Source: the human T2T-CHM13v2.0 reference genome, Homo sapiens. Taken from it: a stretch of DNA of 64,000 nucleotides. Shown in pieces: positions 1 to 14,493 of the stretch; the stretch's first letter is position 1; the number at the start of each line of letters is the position of its first letter. The notes below the pieces were generated by a model, which was not told where the DNA came from, ran no database searches, and saw only the letters and a list, made by a program, of their open reading frames with translations. The DNA lies in the NCBI RefSeq assembly GCF_009914755.1, contig NC_060932.1; one strand, written 5' to 3'. A program made the position numbers and the translations under genes.

Positions 1-128
1 CTACAGTATAGTGTAAACATAAATTTCACAGGAACTGGGATACCAAAAAATTCACTTGACTCTATTGCGATATTTGCTTCATTTCAGTGGTCTTGAACTG
101 AACCTGCAATATCTCTGATGTATGCCTG
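1..128 (+). mobile_element. Tigger1 (TcMar-Tigger DNA transposon) 3' end, cut by window edge
   Basis: gtgtaaacataa...ccaaaaaattc...ctattgcgatatttgcttcatt...gaacctgcaatatctctgatgtatgcctg followed by TA matches the recalled Tigger1 terminus and TA target site. Confidence 0.85.
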
Positions 129-487
129 TATTAAATTACTTTTCTTTGAAAGAAAGAATGGGAGATGAAAAAAGCAGCAGAATTGCTTTTTATTTAGAAA
201 CAAAAACTATGAAAAATGTAAACACTTAAAATGTTTCAAATAGTAATATCTGCCACTTTGGGACCTTTATGAGCCAAACATTAATTTGTGTCTCTATCTC
301 TGTCAGTGTCTTTCTCTCATACACATACACGTAAAGCCCAGATGTTCAACCCTCATCTGCCTGTGAATGTAAAATAAGGTCTTTAGATTTCCCATTAGTG
401 ACTTTGGAACTCTGCCTATCAAATTATATAGGTGTTTTGTCATCACCCAGGGTTCTCATCACAAATATTCTCAGGTATTTTTATTTG

Positions 488-1052
488 TGCAGTTTGTTAC
501 TTAGTATTGACCTCAGCACTGCATACACCCATCCTTCTCTCCTCTGCTCCACAGTGTTGGGGTAGACTTTTGTAACCTACATTTCTCCAGCTCCCCTGCT
601 AGCAGTCTGGCTGCCCTGTAGCCTGTCTTAATAGGAGGGCCTGGTGGGTGATCACAAGCAAGAGAAATGATAAAGGCATATTTCTCTTCTCTCTGTCTCT
701 CTCCCTCCCTCTGTCCTCTATTTTCCTTTCTGTCTTGCTGCTTCTAGCAGGAGCTCTGGAAGTTATAAAAATTCCTCAGAAAACCAAGCCTTTGTATAGT
801 GCCCCCTTCCCCACTATCTCAGAATGAGCCGTTTGCCCTGGGCCTTGGTATATCATCCCCTTTTTTGTTTGTTTGTTTGCTTATCTAGCTCTAGTAGTGT
901 TTTCTGCCATTATTTGTCACTAGATTACCTCACTTCTCCTTTTTACTTCCTTGGCCCTTTCAATACTTGTGTAACCAATTTCCTATATTAAATTATTTCT
1001 GTTTGAAACACTGAGTGTTTTACGTCTCTCCGATTGGACCTTGGCTGATGCA
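488..1052 (+). mobile_element. Old ERVL solo LTR, LTR33-like
   Basis: Ends ...gtaaccaatttcctatattaaattatttctgtttgaaacac...gattggaccttggctgatgca, like LTR33-family 3' ends; start approximate. Confidence 0.6.
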
Positions 1053-3189
1053 TTTGTGTATTAAACAGTCCTCCTCAATCTTCCACTGGCTTGCCAGGAA
1101 TGTGGAAACTCAAAAACATCCTTTCACACAAGAATCTGCAAGTCATATATGTCATATATGTATGTATGTTAGACACATACACAAGCACACACTTTAAGGA
1201 ACAGTCTCAGAAAAGCATATGTTAGTGTAATTCTTTTTATGTAAAAATGTACATGTATATATGTGCACACACACACAGATGTCCATGTGGATCAGCACAC
1301 TAAGAAAAATTATCTTCTGGTAGAGAACATTAACAGTTTTACTCTCATTTTTTATATGAAATCATATTAATTTGATCACTTTACAAAGCTATTTTTGTTT
1401 TGTTTTTGTTTTGTTTTTAATGACCTCTCACAGTCGTGTCAAAGCTACTTTTATTTTGAAAAACTTTACGAGCATATGAATATATATTAAAATATTTTAT
1501 ATTCATGAATTTGATTATATTAATTGGATATAACATGTAATAGAACTAGTAGATGGTAAAATACCAGATGTAATATAAAATAATGTGACTACAATATGAC
1601 TTTCTCAAAATAGAGACTTGATAGATGTTAAAATTTTTGTTTAAAAGTCAATTATATTACATTATTTGTCACATTATCATTTTTAAATTAAAGGATAAGT
1701 TATCATAACACTGACCTGATAAGTTCTAATCTGAGTCATTCTTGCATCCATTAATCTGATACCAACTGAATTTACACAATAAATGAACAAAAGACTGAAT
1801 TGAAAGAAAAGAAAGCACCGAATGTAAGATTGGTAATCATTTCTTCCAGGCACCTGTTTTTACTGTAACTGAACAGCAGGATACTGCATGACTCCAAAGA
1901 ATGTCTAAAAGGAGGAATAAAGCAATTTTCACGGAAAAGTTAAAGATTGAGTGACTCCATTTTGTTGGTTTGTGTTATAAACTTAATGCTATTTAAATGT
2001 ATTTTTTATAGTGTGTTAATAACAGTAATAAAAAAGAAAAAATAACAACATACAGCTATGTTATAACAAGCAGATGGTGGCTGGAGATGGGCTGTACTCC
2101 AAATGTTCCCATTCTTTTCCAATTTATGATCAGTAAAAGGAATAAACATTTGTGTTCCTCCAGTCTGCCATAATATTCCAACTAAAGTTATAGAGCCTCA
2201 ATGTTTTCCCAGATGAAAAGTCCATACAATAATTATTTATCATTCTAAACTTGGAATTCTTAGTCCAAACCATCAGTGGTGATTTAGAAAGTTCAAGAAC
2301 ATTATTTTTGGGATTGTAGGCAATATTTTTGCCTATAATTAGAATTCTTCCATTGGAAAAGACTATCTGACAATAATTTACCATCGTAATTTAACAAAGA
2401 CATACCCCCAGTGCTCTCATTTAACAAAGACATACCCCCAAATTTTCTCCCACGGTAACTTGTTTCAATGAACAATCTTCCACTGGAAGATTGTTATAAC
2501 AGAATATACCAGTCAAACATACTAGTGTACATATTTGCAATCTGGTTTCTGGAGTATTTTTGGTGACATGAATTAGCATTGATCTTTAAAATCCATGTGG
2601 GGACATCTTTAGGAAAATATACACTGTACATCAAATAGACTCACCTCAATCATAGAGATTCCATGATCTGTGCTTACCAGTTGGTCTTATGCCATACAAC
2701 TCAACCTCTGTTCTAATTATTTTCACACCTAGGTTTATTACATTCTTGATATCCCATTGGATTAGGCTATTCCAAGAAAACTGTGGCATAGAAGAAATCG
2801 TCTTTCTCCATCAATTTATCAACATTTTAGAAAATGTACCTGAATTGCACATATCCTTTTTTTGTCATCAATAGATAACCAAAGTCCTCATGCCCCTCTT
2901 TATTTTTCTTAAGGAACCAATGCTGTTCACGGGGTCTTATATAAACTCACACTGAAGTATAAATGAGTGCTATACATTTAAGTATTATAGCTATAGGTGC
3001 AATAAAACCTTAAGTCAGTCGCTTCTTCTATGCCTATTGCAACTGTCTCAACTTAAACCCTGAAAAGTTCTCATCTGGCCTCCTACAACAGCCTCTGAAA
3101 CAATCTCCCTTTCTCCACAGCCTGGAACTCCTTTAATCCAAGCCAGAATACACTTGTGTAATATTTTTTTAAAAGATAATTTTTATGCA

Positions 3190-3680
3190 GTTATTCCCTC
3201 TGCCTCAAAAAGTTCCCCACTCCGTACTTGCTAACATCTATAAACTAACCCTTCTCTAATATTCTGACATTATCTCCTACAACTCTTACATCTTATATTT
3301 CAACCTTACTAAATGACTAACAATTTCCATATGCTTGACAATGTTACATGCTGCTCTGTTTTATTCAGGTTTTGTTTGTTTGTTTTTTGTTTTGCTTCTT
3401 CTGGCTGAAATGAGTTCCACACTGATTCATCTGTTGAAATCCTATTGCTCTTCAACATGTAGCTCTACTATGAGCTCCTTTCTGCAGCTTATCTTTGTCC
3501 TTGTTTCAGAACAACCATTCCCTCCTTGGTTATGCTTATGTATGCCTGTGTTTGTCTCTTTCTCACATTAGACAGTAAGCCCCTTAAGGGCAGTAACTAC
3601 GCATAAATCTTTGTCTTATTTGTCTTTCTATCTCCTACAACTGAGCATTGTAGGTGCTTTATGCATGTGTGTTAATCAAA
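3190..3680 (+). mobile_element. L2 LINE 3' fragment
   Basis: tagacagtaagccccttaagggcag...tgtcttatttgtctttctatctcc...gtaggtgcttt resembles the L2 3' terminus; highly decayed. Confidence 0.55.
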
Positions 3681-3989
3681 GAAGCTGAAATAACATAGTT
3701 GCAATTATTAAATTTCAAACATCACGAAACCAATAGAGGAAACATTTTTTGGGGGATGGAATTTACACGCTTGAAGCCATTTATGTATACAGCTGCTTAA
3801 TCATAAGGCTAGTGCACAGATAATCCATATTCCTTGCATGGATACTATAATAACCAATTGCTGGATGCTTTCCCAACATATATTTTACTTCCTTCTCCCT
3901 GTATTAATAATTCTCTGATTTCCCTAGCTTTGTGGTTTGAGTGGAATAATTCATGCCTATTTAATAAGGTAAGCTTTGTTTTCCTTCTT

Positions 3990-5230
3990 CATAAAAGAAA
4001 ACTTCATTCCCAGCCACAGTTATTGGTTTAGATGCAATCACATGGCACAAGTCAAGCCAGTCAAAGCCAATGAAGCTCAGTTCTGGGATTCAGTGTGAAT
4101 TACCAGAGAAGAAAATTTGTGTTTCCTTGTAGATACGTTGACATAAGTAAGGCTATTACTTATCCCAAGGAAGTAAAGGCAATAATTCTGTGACATGGAG
4201 AAAAGAACATGCTTTGGAATAGAGTCAACTCTGAGAAATTAGAGCCAAATACAGGAATCTTGGTAATACAAATGAGCTTTGGATCAAGCTTCCTGTTCCC
4301 AGGAAGTTTATTACAAGCCAAATTTTTTTATTTGTTTTATCACATTTTTATTTTTTAGAGAATCTTAGGTTTATAGAAAGATTGCACTGAAAGTACAGTG
4401 AGATCCCATATACTCCCTCATCCTCTCAGCCCCAAATTTTCCTATTACTAATACCTTTCTTTAGTGTGGTACATTTGTTATAATTAGTGAACTAACATTG
4501 ATACGTTATTATTAACAAAAGTCCATAGTTTGCATTAGGGTTCATTCTTTGTGTTGTGTATTTCCAGTTTTGACAAATGTATAATGCCATGTGCCTACCA
4601 TTACAGTATTTTTCACTATCCTAAAAATCCTCTATGCTCCAACTATTGTTCACTCCTTTCTCCCTGCAAACCCCTGGCAATTATTGATCTTCTTACTGTC
4701 TCCATAGATTTGCCTTTCTAGAATGTCATAAAGTTAAGATCAGATAAGATGTAGTTTTTTAGGCTGACTTTTTTCACTTGTCAGCATATATTAAAGTTTC
4801 TTCCATGTTTTTTCATGACTGAATAGCACATTTTACTTTAGAATTGAACAATATTTTATTGTTTGGATTTACCACCATTTGTTTATTCATTTTCCTATTG
4901 AAGGACAACTTGGTGTTTAAAATTATGGCATTATGAATAAAGCTCCCAAAAATTTATCTGAAGGTTTTTGTGTAGACTAAGTTTTCAGCTCATTTGGGTA
5001 AATATCTAGGAGTGCAATTGCTGAATCACATAGTAAACATAGGCTTAGCATTGTAAAAAAAGCTGCCAAACTGTTTTCCAAAATTGCTGTGCAATTTTGC
5101 ACTTCCACTAACAATGAATGAAATTTCAGGTTGCTTCTTACCCTTGCCAACATTTGTTTCCTTTAGTTTTCAAGGCAGCTTTAATGGGATTTTTTGGTTA
5201 CTTGTAACTGATCAAATCCTAACCAATAGA
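3990..5230 (+). mobile_element. Old ERVL/MaLR LTR (MLT1K/L- or LTR16-like), split by an L1MC insertion
   Basis: 5' part at ~3990-4320 (ttattggtttagatgcaatcacatggcacaag...ttggatcaagc); resumes at ~5155-5230 with gggattttttggttacttgtaactgatcaaatcctaaccaataga, an LTR-type end. Confidence 0.45.
4322..5152 (-). mobile_element. L1MC1/L1MC2-like 3' fragment
   Basis: ttttagagaatcttaggtttatagaaag...aaagtacagtgagatcccatatac...gtggtacatttgttataa...aaagtccatagtttgcattagggttcattc is the antisense L1MC 3'UTR. Confidence 0.8.
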
Positions 5231-5324
5231 GTAATCCAGAAGTATACACCAAAAGTGGAAAAACACATAAGTATAATATAAATACTTTATAATATAAAGT
5301 ATATATAAAGTATAATATAAAGTG

Positions 5325-5415
5325 CACTACATCTGGATTAGAATTCTAGTTCTTTTATTTATTAAATGTAGGATTTTAACAAGTTGATTAGCCTCTCTGA
5401 ATCTCAGTTTTCTTA
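5325..5415 (+). mobile_element. MIR fragment
   Basis: ctggattagaattctagttc...aacaagttgattagcctctctgaatctcagttttct resembles the MIR core. Confidence 0.6.
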
Positions 5416-6618
5416 GGGGTATACAAAACAGGAGGAATTATTCTTCCTGACGCTGCCATAAACCCTGCCACAAATGACAACCTAATAATCAGTGTATTAA
5501 AAAAGTCAACTGTTAGATCACCCTGGAAATTAGAAAAATGTAAATGAGGAGAAATAGAGGTGTATTGTTAAATCTTCCTTTTGAATAAAACTCAGATCAA
5601 TTTAATTTCCTCTTTACATTCTTTGCCTGTATCAAAAATATTGGAAAGAAAACTAAGCCATAAGTCTCAGAATTAATCTCTCTTTCAAAACAGCAGATCT
5701 GAACTCTGGCACTTGTTCGCTAGCCTCTACCCTATTCACTCCCAAGCACTTAATGTACTATGTAATTAAGCATAAAAAATACCAGTTTTGTGCCCCTACA
5801 TGTTGATACTTAAACAGTAGTGTAATCACTTCTAAGTGAAGAAACATAAAGTGAAAGTAAGATAATGCTTAACTGTTTTTTTACAAAATGAATTTCCTCT
5901 GCCCAATACAGAAATCCACAAAGAGACATTTCACTCTTACCTCAATATTTTCTGTTCATCTCTTCCCATGCTTGTGTAAATATGTTCTTCCTTTTCAATC
6001 TTTTTATTCTTCAGAAAACAGATCTTCACTCAAATAATCTCTTGGCTCTCTCATAGAGCCCCTATCCTCAAAGCTTTCTTGTATGTTCGCTTACATTTCT
6101 TAGGCCAAATATAAGAGTAATGTGAATAAAGTATTAAAATATTTTAATATGTATCCCAATTTTTATTTTGCCTGAGGATGGTCTTTAGCAGACAAATCAA
6201 TCAAAATTCAACTATCTAGTATGTGGCTCTTTTTGCTAAGTACATTGTAGGAATTCCTGGGAAACTACAAAGAATTGTAGAAGTGAAACATCTCTAGCTT
6301 TCTTTCTCTATCATTTTCAGAGTTTATTTTTTCTTAAGAATTCCATAAGCTCCAGTAAACTCTTTAGCCCAGATAATTATTGATTTCTCAGGCTTTACTA
6401 TTTCTAAAAGATTATTTTTCCTTTTTTTGTTTTTTCTTTCTTTTCTCTGCTAAACATCAGTTGTTTATTTATGACAATTAATAAAGTTTATAATTATAAA
6501 AATTGGTCAAAATCTAGATCATAAAAGCTACAAAAATAATAACAACCAAACATGACACAACCATAAATCATTTCACTTTGATAATTTATAGGTTGTGCTC
6601 ATCCAAGCAACTAATTCA

Positions 6619-6954
<336 letters not shown>

Positions 6955-6993
6955 CTACCCAAGATGTGCCAGAAACTGCTGCATTAGATATAA

Positions 6994-7353
<360 letters not shown>

Positions 7354-7439
7354 TAAATGGAGCTTATTTTCTCAAGAAGCTTACAGTCTAGTAGAATATG
7401 ATGGGAATATAAACAAGCACAATGATATGTTAGGTATAC

Positions 7440-7920
7440 TGATTCGGTCAGTACCTAACCAGAAAACCAAAAATCACATTAAGTAAAACAGGAGGAATTT
7501 AATGCAAGGAAATATTAGATGGCTGATAGGAGAAGTATAAGCCAGAGAGCAATCAGTTAAACCAAAGATTAACAACGGCAGTAAGTCAGGTTATTGCTGA
7601 AAGGACAAAGAGGCCAGAATTGTCTAGCAGAAACTGGAATTATGGCAGACCAGCTAAGTGAGAGCTAGAGCCATGAAGGTGACAGAGCTCCTGCAGGAAA
7701 AACAGTCCGTGGAAGAGAAGGGGAAAATACCTTGGCTTTCTAGATCTTTCCTTTTGAATCATCAGCCGGTGTGTTGTGCTTGCAAATGGACAAAATCCAG
7801 CTAGAAACCAGCTAACATGAGAGCTTGAGAAATCTACCCCACAGCAGTCAAGCTCCCAACAACACAGAGCAGACCAGGAGAAAGACACAAAATAGGTCAG
7901 AGGGCCAACAGGCTGGACAT
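7440..7920 (-). mobile_element. LTR33-like ERVL solo LTR
   Basis: ggtcagtacctaaccagaaaacc...ggaatttaatgcaaggaa at one end; caaatggacaaaatccagctagaaaccagc...cagtcaagctcccaacaacacagagcag at the other; matches antisense LTR33. Confidence 0.6.
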
Positions 7921-10900
7921 TTCATATGTATTATGATAAAATCTGAGCAAAGTACAGTGAGGGCAAAAAAGAATTGATTAATTCTGGGGTGAAAAATGAG
8001 AAGCATCTGTAAATTCTTTATAGTAATATGAAAGACAGAGGGAAAGAAGGAAAGAAAGAGAGTGGGGTGGGGAGAGACAAAGAAGAATCAAAACTTAAAG
8101 CCATTTTATCTTCAGCCTTATTTTCCAAAAGAAAAAGTGGTTACAACTTATTGTCTACTTTCTGTGAGTAACAAAAGAAATATTTCAGATAGTAAGATGT
8201 AAATTGGTGCAGATAAAACATTTCTATAACGGTAGCAGTTCACCGCTACTAGTAGAAGAATGCCACTGTCATATAGAACCTTCTTTTCTATTCAGTGTCT
8301 AATTGCCTTGACTGAAGACAGGACACTAAGATCCTAAATCATAACAGGAGAATTTAAATATTTACCTTTCAGGCTCCAAGGGACTCCAAAATTGTTAGTG
8401 ATCAACATCTAAAACAGAAATTTTCCATTTAAGTATTTATTATAGCATTCTGAGTTCAACCCTAAAAGAAACTCCAGTGTCGAATCTTTTACATATCATA
8501 ATTTATTTCATTCCCAAAGCCTGGCAGGAATCAGTAAAACAAGAAAAGTGTTGGGAGGGCATGAGATGTAATAGAAACTAAATGAAGCAGAGTCCAAAAG
8601 CTTACAAAACCACAATGAAACAAGATTGCTAAGAGTCTGAGCCTATTCAGCACAAAGCACAATAGCCAAGAATAAATTGAAAATCAATAACCTCAAATGC
8701 TGAAATTGCCTACGAACTTTGAACATTGATATTTATCTTTTCTTTTTAAAGCAATGCATAACAGGGTCATGGAATCTTATGAAAACCACAACATAGGAAA
8801 TTTTATTTCCCCAATGACCTCATGAATCTTATTTTGCCTTATGCCACAAACATTGCATGGCCATACACATTTCTTGATGTGAGAAATATGCCCCTGAAAA
8901 GACTGGAACTAAAGGCTGTAGCAAACTTATAATTCTATGTGTGTTTAATTTCATTTATGTGTTCCAATTTTTTTTTCAACATGTGCCTGTTAGCAATAGA
9001 AGGAAACACAAATCAGTACTTTCAATCTCCCAAATGTACTTCTATGCCTTCCTCTGTTTGCCTTCTAGCAGAAAAAAAACCCTCCAAATTCTCAAAAAAC
9101 TAATGAATCACATCATTAAAAATAGACTTTACTTGAAGCCCGCAGATCTTTTACTAAGAAAAGAAAAACATTCCATGATTTAATCCTAAATCTCTGGATT
9201 TCAATATTGCCTGCTTTGAATTTAATTTGTCTCTCAAAATTGTCAAAAGCTGTAAAGTCGCTCTGATGGTCCCAATGACCATTTAGAAAGTATTTTCTCT
9301 AGTCTGTGAACAGGAAATAGCATATTGATATTATCACTGTGTCTGCAAATAGAATAACTCCAGCACTATCTTTGGGGGATAGGGAAGGCGTGTCAGGGAA
9401 GTGCCTGCCTTGATGAGACTCTCACTCTTATTCAGCAGTTGCTCAAGAAAAAATTTAAGGTATTTCTAAAGATTATTCTGCACACCCTAGAGTAGGTCAA
9501 AAAATATACGAGAAGCTTTTGCAAAGGATCCTGTTTCTCTAAAAGGACTCAGAAATGAGGTTCACTATAGACAAGCATTTTGCTTCTACAAGACAGAATA
9601 ATTGTAATGTACTTAGTTTAGAGGTCGTGTGGTTGCATACTTGACTGACCATTCCAATCTACTTTATACAAGCATGGTCCCCGTGATTCAAATAGCTTGC
9701 CAGAGTGCTACTGGAGGCTTAAAAAAAGTCGGAGAGGAAAAGTTCCAAGCTTTCTCAGATCCCCTTCCTTTCAGGACACTCATCATTCCAATTTGTATTT
9801 GTTTTCACCCAAAGAGCTTACCAGTTTCTGTGGAAAACACAGATACTATGGAAAGATGTAGGAAGAGAAGAGGACAGAATTTGAAAAGTTCATCTGTTTG
9901 AATCCTTTAGATTACTGAATGTCCAAGTCATCCAGAACAAATATCTAGTTTCTTGAAGACCTCAGGGAGGGAAGGAATGGAAAGGATAGACTTACTGAGT
10001 GTCTAATGAACGTAATCTCAACATCTGCAATATCCGGTGATGCTGTATTCCATCGCCTTCATATTAAAAAATGTATTCCTTGTGCTTAGTTGTAATCTTT
10101 CTTCATTTATTTTTACTAACTTTTATTGTGTTTTTGTTGTCCAGAATCATAAAGAATAGCTCTTCAGCAAACCTCCTCAGTTTACTATATTTGTACAGAT
10201 AAAGATCATAATCAAAACACCCTTTGGACTTTCCTAAGTTCACCACTCAGTCTCCTTAGTCATTCTTAATATGTTTTTCCTATTTTAAGTATCTTGTGAT
10301 TTTCCATTTTTCTCACCCTTTTTTAATATTGTAAAATTAAATTAAAAGATTACCTTACAGCCTATCTGTTGTATTCTTTTCTCTACATAAAATCAGTTAC
10401 CCTTATTTCCACAATGGCATTAAGCTGACTCATTCAGAGTCTACTCAACCAAGCTCCAGATACTTTTCTTTTTTGTTTTTATGCACAGGTAGTACTTCCT
10501 TGAACTTTATTTATAATGTTTACATTTTGTCCCTAAGCAAACTGAGCTATACTGTGGTTATAGCCAGGGGATGTAAGGAATTAAAGACAACAGATTTTAG
10601 AAAATCACCTTGAGACTTTACACTAGTTTCCTCTTGCACCAAATTTTAAGAGCAAGTTTCAAAACTTTTTGTAATCAGTTTTGATAAATTTGCCCAGTTT
10701 TTTTGTTTGTTTTAATATCTCACTGATAAAAGGCAAAATTTTAACACGGTCAACAAATTACTCAGCTGATAGCTTAGTTCCTTACAGAAAATATGACACA
10801 CACAGGAAATTATACTTTAAGATTATGAGGATTCACAAAAAATAAATGAATTAAAAAAGAGTTGATTGATCGAAATTCATATCATGAATAAAATCTCGAA

Positions 10901-10939
10901 ATGTTATGGCAATCAAAATAAACTTCAGTATTTGGATGC

Positions 10940-10971
10940 AAAAAAAAAAAAGAGAGAGAGAGAGAGAGAGA
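10940..10971 (+). repeat. A-run plus (GA)10 microsatellite
   Basis: aaaaaaaaaaaagagagagagagagagagaga read directly. Confidence 0.9.
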
Positions 10972-12144
10972 ACTAGCTCCTTTTAGCTGCTAGGTAGTTT
11001 TCCGTGTCAGCATATGGGAATGTTGTCTATATCCAAGATAGAGATGATAAAATACTCAGACTTAGATCAAAACTAAATGGGTATCTTCTTGGGAGCTTGT
11101 ATGTGCCTCAATGAAATCTAGTCTTTCTGAGATATGTATCAATTTACAAGTGTATGTCCAATTTTTAAATAATAGTTAGAAAATCATAATTATATTAATT
11201 TAAAATGACAGCCATTATTTTTACCTATTTGGATTATTTCCAGCTTGCAAACTGAGACATCATTCAACTTTTTTTCATAAAACCAAAAATATATAGACTT
11301 TTCACAGATTGTTTGGGATGTATTGGCACCTCACTCAGCAAACTGCAGGACCTCAAACTTTCCTCTTCCTTTGACACCGGCATTCATTTAGTCTCAAAAG
11401 ACAGCTCAAAACTTCAGACATTTTTTAAGTCAGACTCTTCCTTCATTCCACATGGTTGATTATCATGAAGACATGTCAAAGTTTAACTTGAACTGTTTCT
11501 TATTCAATCCTTCCTCTTTTCTCCAACAGCCAATACATATGCTGTATCTTCCTCATCTTAATAGTCTGCCAGTTATTTTCAGCTATTCTCAGGTGAATTT
11601 CATGACATTGGATGATCTTCTTTTTGCTACGAGATGCATATAGCTTAAATATTTCTTTCCTAGCTTCACTTTTTGTTCAAAATCTTTTTGACTTCTTTAT
11701 TATTTAGGACATTGGGTTACAAATTATAGAAAACTCAATAATGTAAAAAAAAAAATAGCCACATGACCACACATAACCACTAGGAAGGCTAGAACATGTC
11801 GTGTACATGGGCATCCATGAACACAGCTAAAACCAGAGTCAGCCTGCACACCACTGAAAAAAAGGAGAGACTGGATACTACTAACAATTAGCAGTCTCCG
11901 CATAGCAACACAAAAATACTTTGTATTTTTTACATGTCTCTTGTAAAAGCTTTGTTAGATAGAAAGAATTATAGTATGATTAGTCCAAAACTTAAAAAAA
12001 GAATAAACTATCCCCTGACAAGGCTTAAAATTCATCCAAGATGCCCCCTAGCCAGCCTTTGGAGGAAAAAAAAATTTTTTAACTGGTTAATTATTAGGAA
12101 TTCCGGCCCTCAATTTCTATTCAATAAGAGTAGCACTGCTTTTT

Positions 12145-12240
12145 TACATATATATACATATGTGTGTGTGTGTGTGTGTGTGTGTATAAATATATGCATA
12201 AGTAATATATATGTAAAATATGTACATATATGTAAATATA
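12145..12240. repeat. (TG)12 microsatellite in TA-rich low-complexity tract
   Basis: tgtgtg... at 12161-12185 flanked by tatata-rich sequence. Confidence 0.9.
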
Positions 12241-14148
12241 CTTTGTATTCTATACTACACGGGTTAATCATAGCCATTTTCTCATCTTGGGATAAATATT
12301 CTTCTTGACAAGTTCATCTCCATTACTTGAACAATTATCTTTTAAAGTCAAATTGTACTGAAAACAGATTAAAACACTTCTTAGATATTATTGTGTAAGA
12401 AAGAAATAAACTGAAAAAAAATGGCCTGCTATGTATGCAAAACAAATTTTCTTAGAGAAGAATGTGATTTACAGATAGGTACACTAGAATGATAGGAAAG
12501 GTAACTTTGGTCTGCACTTAATGTTAGATGCCAATATTTTTACCTTCCTGAAGAGTATTTATGACTTCCTATCAAGGCTTACAGTACTGTAGGGATAAAG
12601 AATGGTATTCTTTGAATTCCTTAAGCTTTCTCCACACCCATCCACTTAGTTTTTACCCTTGTCTACTACATGTTTCTTGGTATTTAGAATCTTAGAATAT
12701 TTTCAATAGACAGAAATCTGACCTCTGAGATCTAACACACAGTTATAATTTCAATTGTGAGTGAACACCCATTCAATCCCTAAGACAGTAATCCCTGGCA
12801 AAGCTTTAACACATAGGGTGAAATCTCCCAAGGCTAGAACTTTTTCTTGGCAGAGAAACATCAAGGAGATGGAATATGCTCTTGAAAAAGGACCTGTTGT
12901 TTTAATTTGTACACATTAAAGTCATCTTTTCAAGGTGCTTCTTAAAAGTTCAGCCTGCAATGTCCAAAGGACAAAAAGTAGATGTCCCTCTGAGATTTTG
13001 CTACAATGAAATTTATTAAAGGGTTTTATGTGGTTTACACCTTCAGAAATAGCCAGAAGACCCCAGCACTCATCTTCACAGCCTGCCTCCAATGACCTTA
13101 TTTTCCATTTCCTCTCTCAGAATTTAGGTGCAAAATCTCCATCTCTATAATATCTTCACTCATTCTTCTTCTAATTTTACTCCTTCATTTGAGAATGGTT
13201 TCCCATTCTCAAAATTTATATTATTCCTAATTGTATTTCTTTTGCATTCTATCAAAGCACCCATTAAATTCTAGAGACATGAAAAACATAAACCAACCAT
13301 CGATTTCTTCTAGCTATATTGTCTCACATGTTAACACCATGTGAAGTCACAAGGCATTTCTTCTGGACAAATCCAGGACCCATTTCTCTATGCTAACCTT
13401 TATTTTATTTGTTCTATTTTTTTTTTCTAATTTGGGGCTTCCATAATAATAATTTACTCTCTTACTCAATGTAGTTCCTCATTACTCATTTCTTAACTCT
13501 CATTCCCAAATCTGTAAGTGGGTAGTCTTTTTAGTTTAAAAATGTTTGGAAATGTGTTACATAGTGTGGCTAATTTAGGCAACATATTGAATTTATTTGG
13601 CTCCCTCCAAAGAAAACTATTTCTTTTTAGTAAACTGCCTATATTTGACAATGTTGCTACTATTCTCAAATAATGGAGAGGTAAAACAATAGCTACGGCA
13701 GAGTCTCAAGACCTGAGGACATTTTATAATGGCTAAGCATCCTGGCATCCCTAGGTAATCAACATCAAAAATGGGGTGGGAGAAGTTGGTTTCAAAAACC
13801 TTTACTCTTCTGTAATCCAGCATCTCCTTGCCCGAGACCCAACCTCTCGAGACCCATATACCTTTCACATGGTCCAAAGGTATATGAATCAGAGCAGTTC
13901 AAAAGTAGTGAAAACTAATTAAATACCCAAATAACATTTCAAAGAGTTGAGATCAAAGATATGGAAATACTATTGCTAGAAAAGATAGTTTTTCCTTCTT
14001 ACAAAGGGCAAATAAATTATGCAAAGTAAAATTGAAGCATCTGAGCTTGTTATAAATAAAAATTTTTAGGGAAAAAAAGATTAATTGGCAAGTTAACCGT
14101 GGGAAATGATTTGGAAAATTCTGGAAATTTTGTTTAAGAAGGTAACAG

Positions 14149-14270
14149 TAGAGTGATTATATTTAATATCTGGGATACTTTTAAGAGTATAAAAGCACAT
14201 TATTAATAATTATGATGAAATGACAGGTATAAATTGTGACTGCCCCCAAATTAAGACGTATGATTATCCT
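14149..14270. mobile_element. MER81 (hAT-Blackjack MITE)
   Basis: tagagtgattatat...gggatacttttaagagt...tattaataattatg...acaggtataaattgtgactgccc...tatgattatcct aligns over the full ~120 bp with the recalled consensus. Confidence 0.7.
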
Positions 14271-14357
14271 TTAATAATTACAAATAAACTTCATACCCTT
14301 AGATATAAATTAGTCCCATAATTCCACTGCTATTTTTTAATTAAAATGTTGACAGGA

Positions 14358-14493
14358 GGCCGGGCACAGTGGCTCACGCCTATAATCCCAGCAATCTGGG
14401 AGGCCAAGGAGGACGGATCGCTTGAGCACAGGAGTTCAAGACCAGCCTAGGCAACGTGACGAAATCTTGTCTCCACAAAAAACAAAAATAAAA
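14358..14493 (+). mobile_element. FLAM_C / left Alu monomer
   Basis: ggccgggcacagtggctcacgcc...gatcgcttgagcacaggagttcaagaccagcctaggcaac...A-tail; degenerate TSD aaaatgttgacag / aaaaggctgacag. Confidence 0.9.

Noticed and set aside
2389-2440. Repeat-spacer-repeat units as a CRISPR-like array
   Set aside because: Only two copies per site, spacers of 5-8 bp, unrelated repeats tens of kb apart, primate context and no cas-like ORFs.
5262-5322. Palindrome atactttata-a-tataaagtat and short tataaag repeats
   Set aside because: AT-rich low-complexity tract in which such symmetry is expected by chance.
11790-11811. p53-like double CATG motif (gaacatgtcgtgtacatggg)
   Set aside because: The second half-site deviates from RRRCWWGYYY at several positions; chance-level match.
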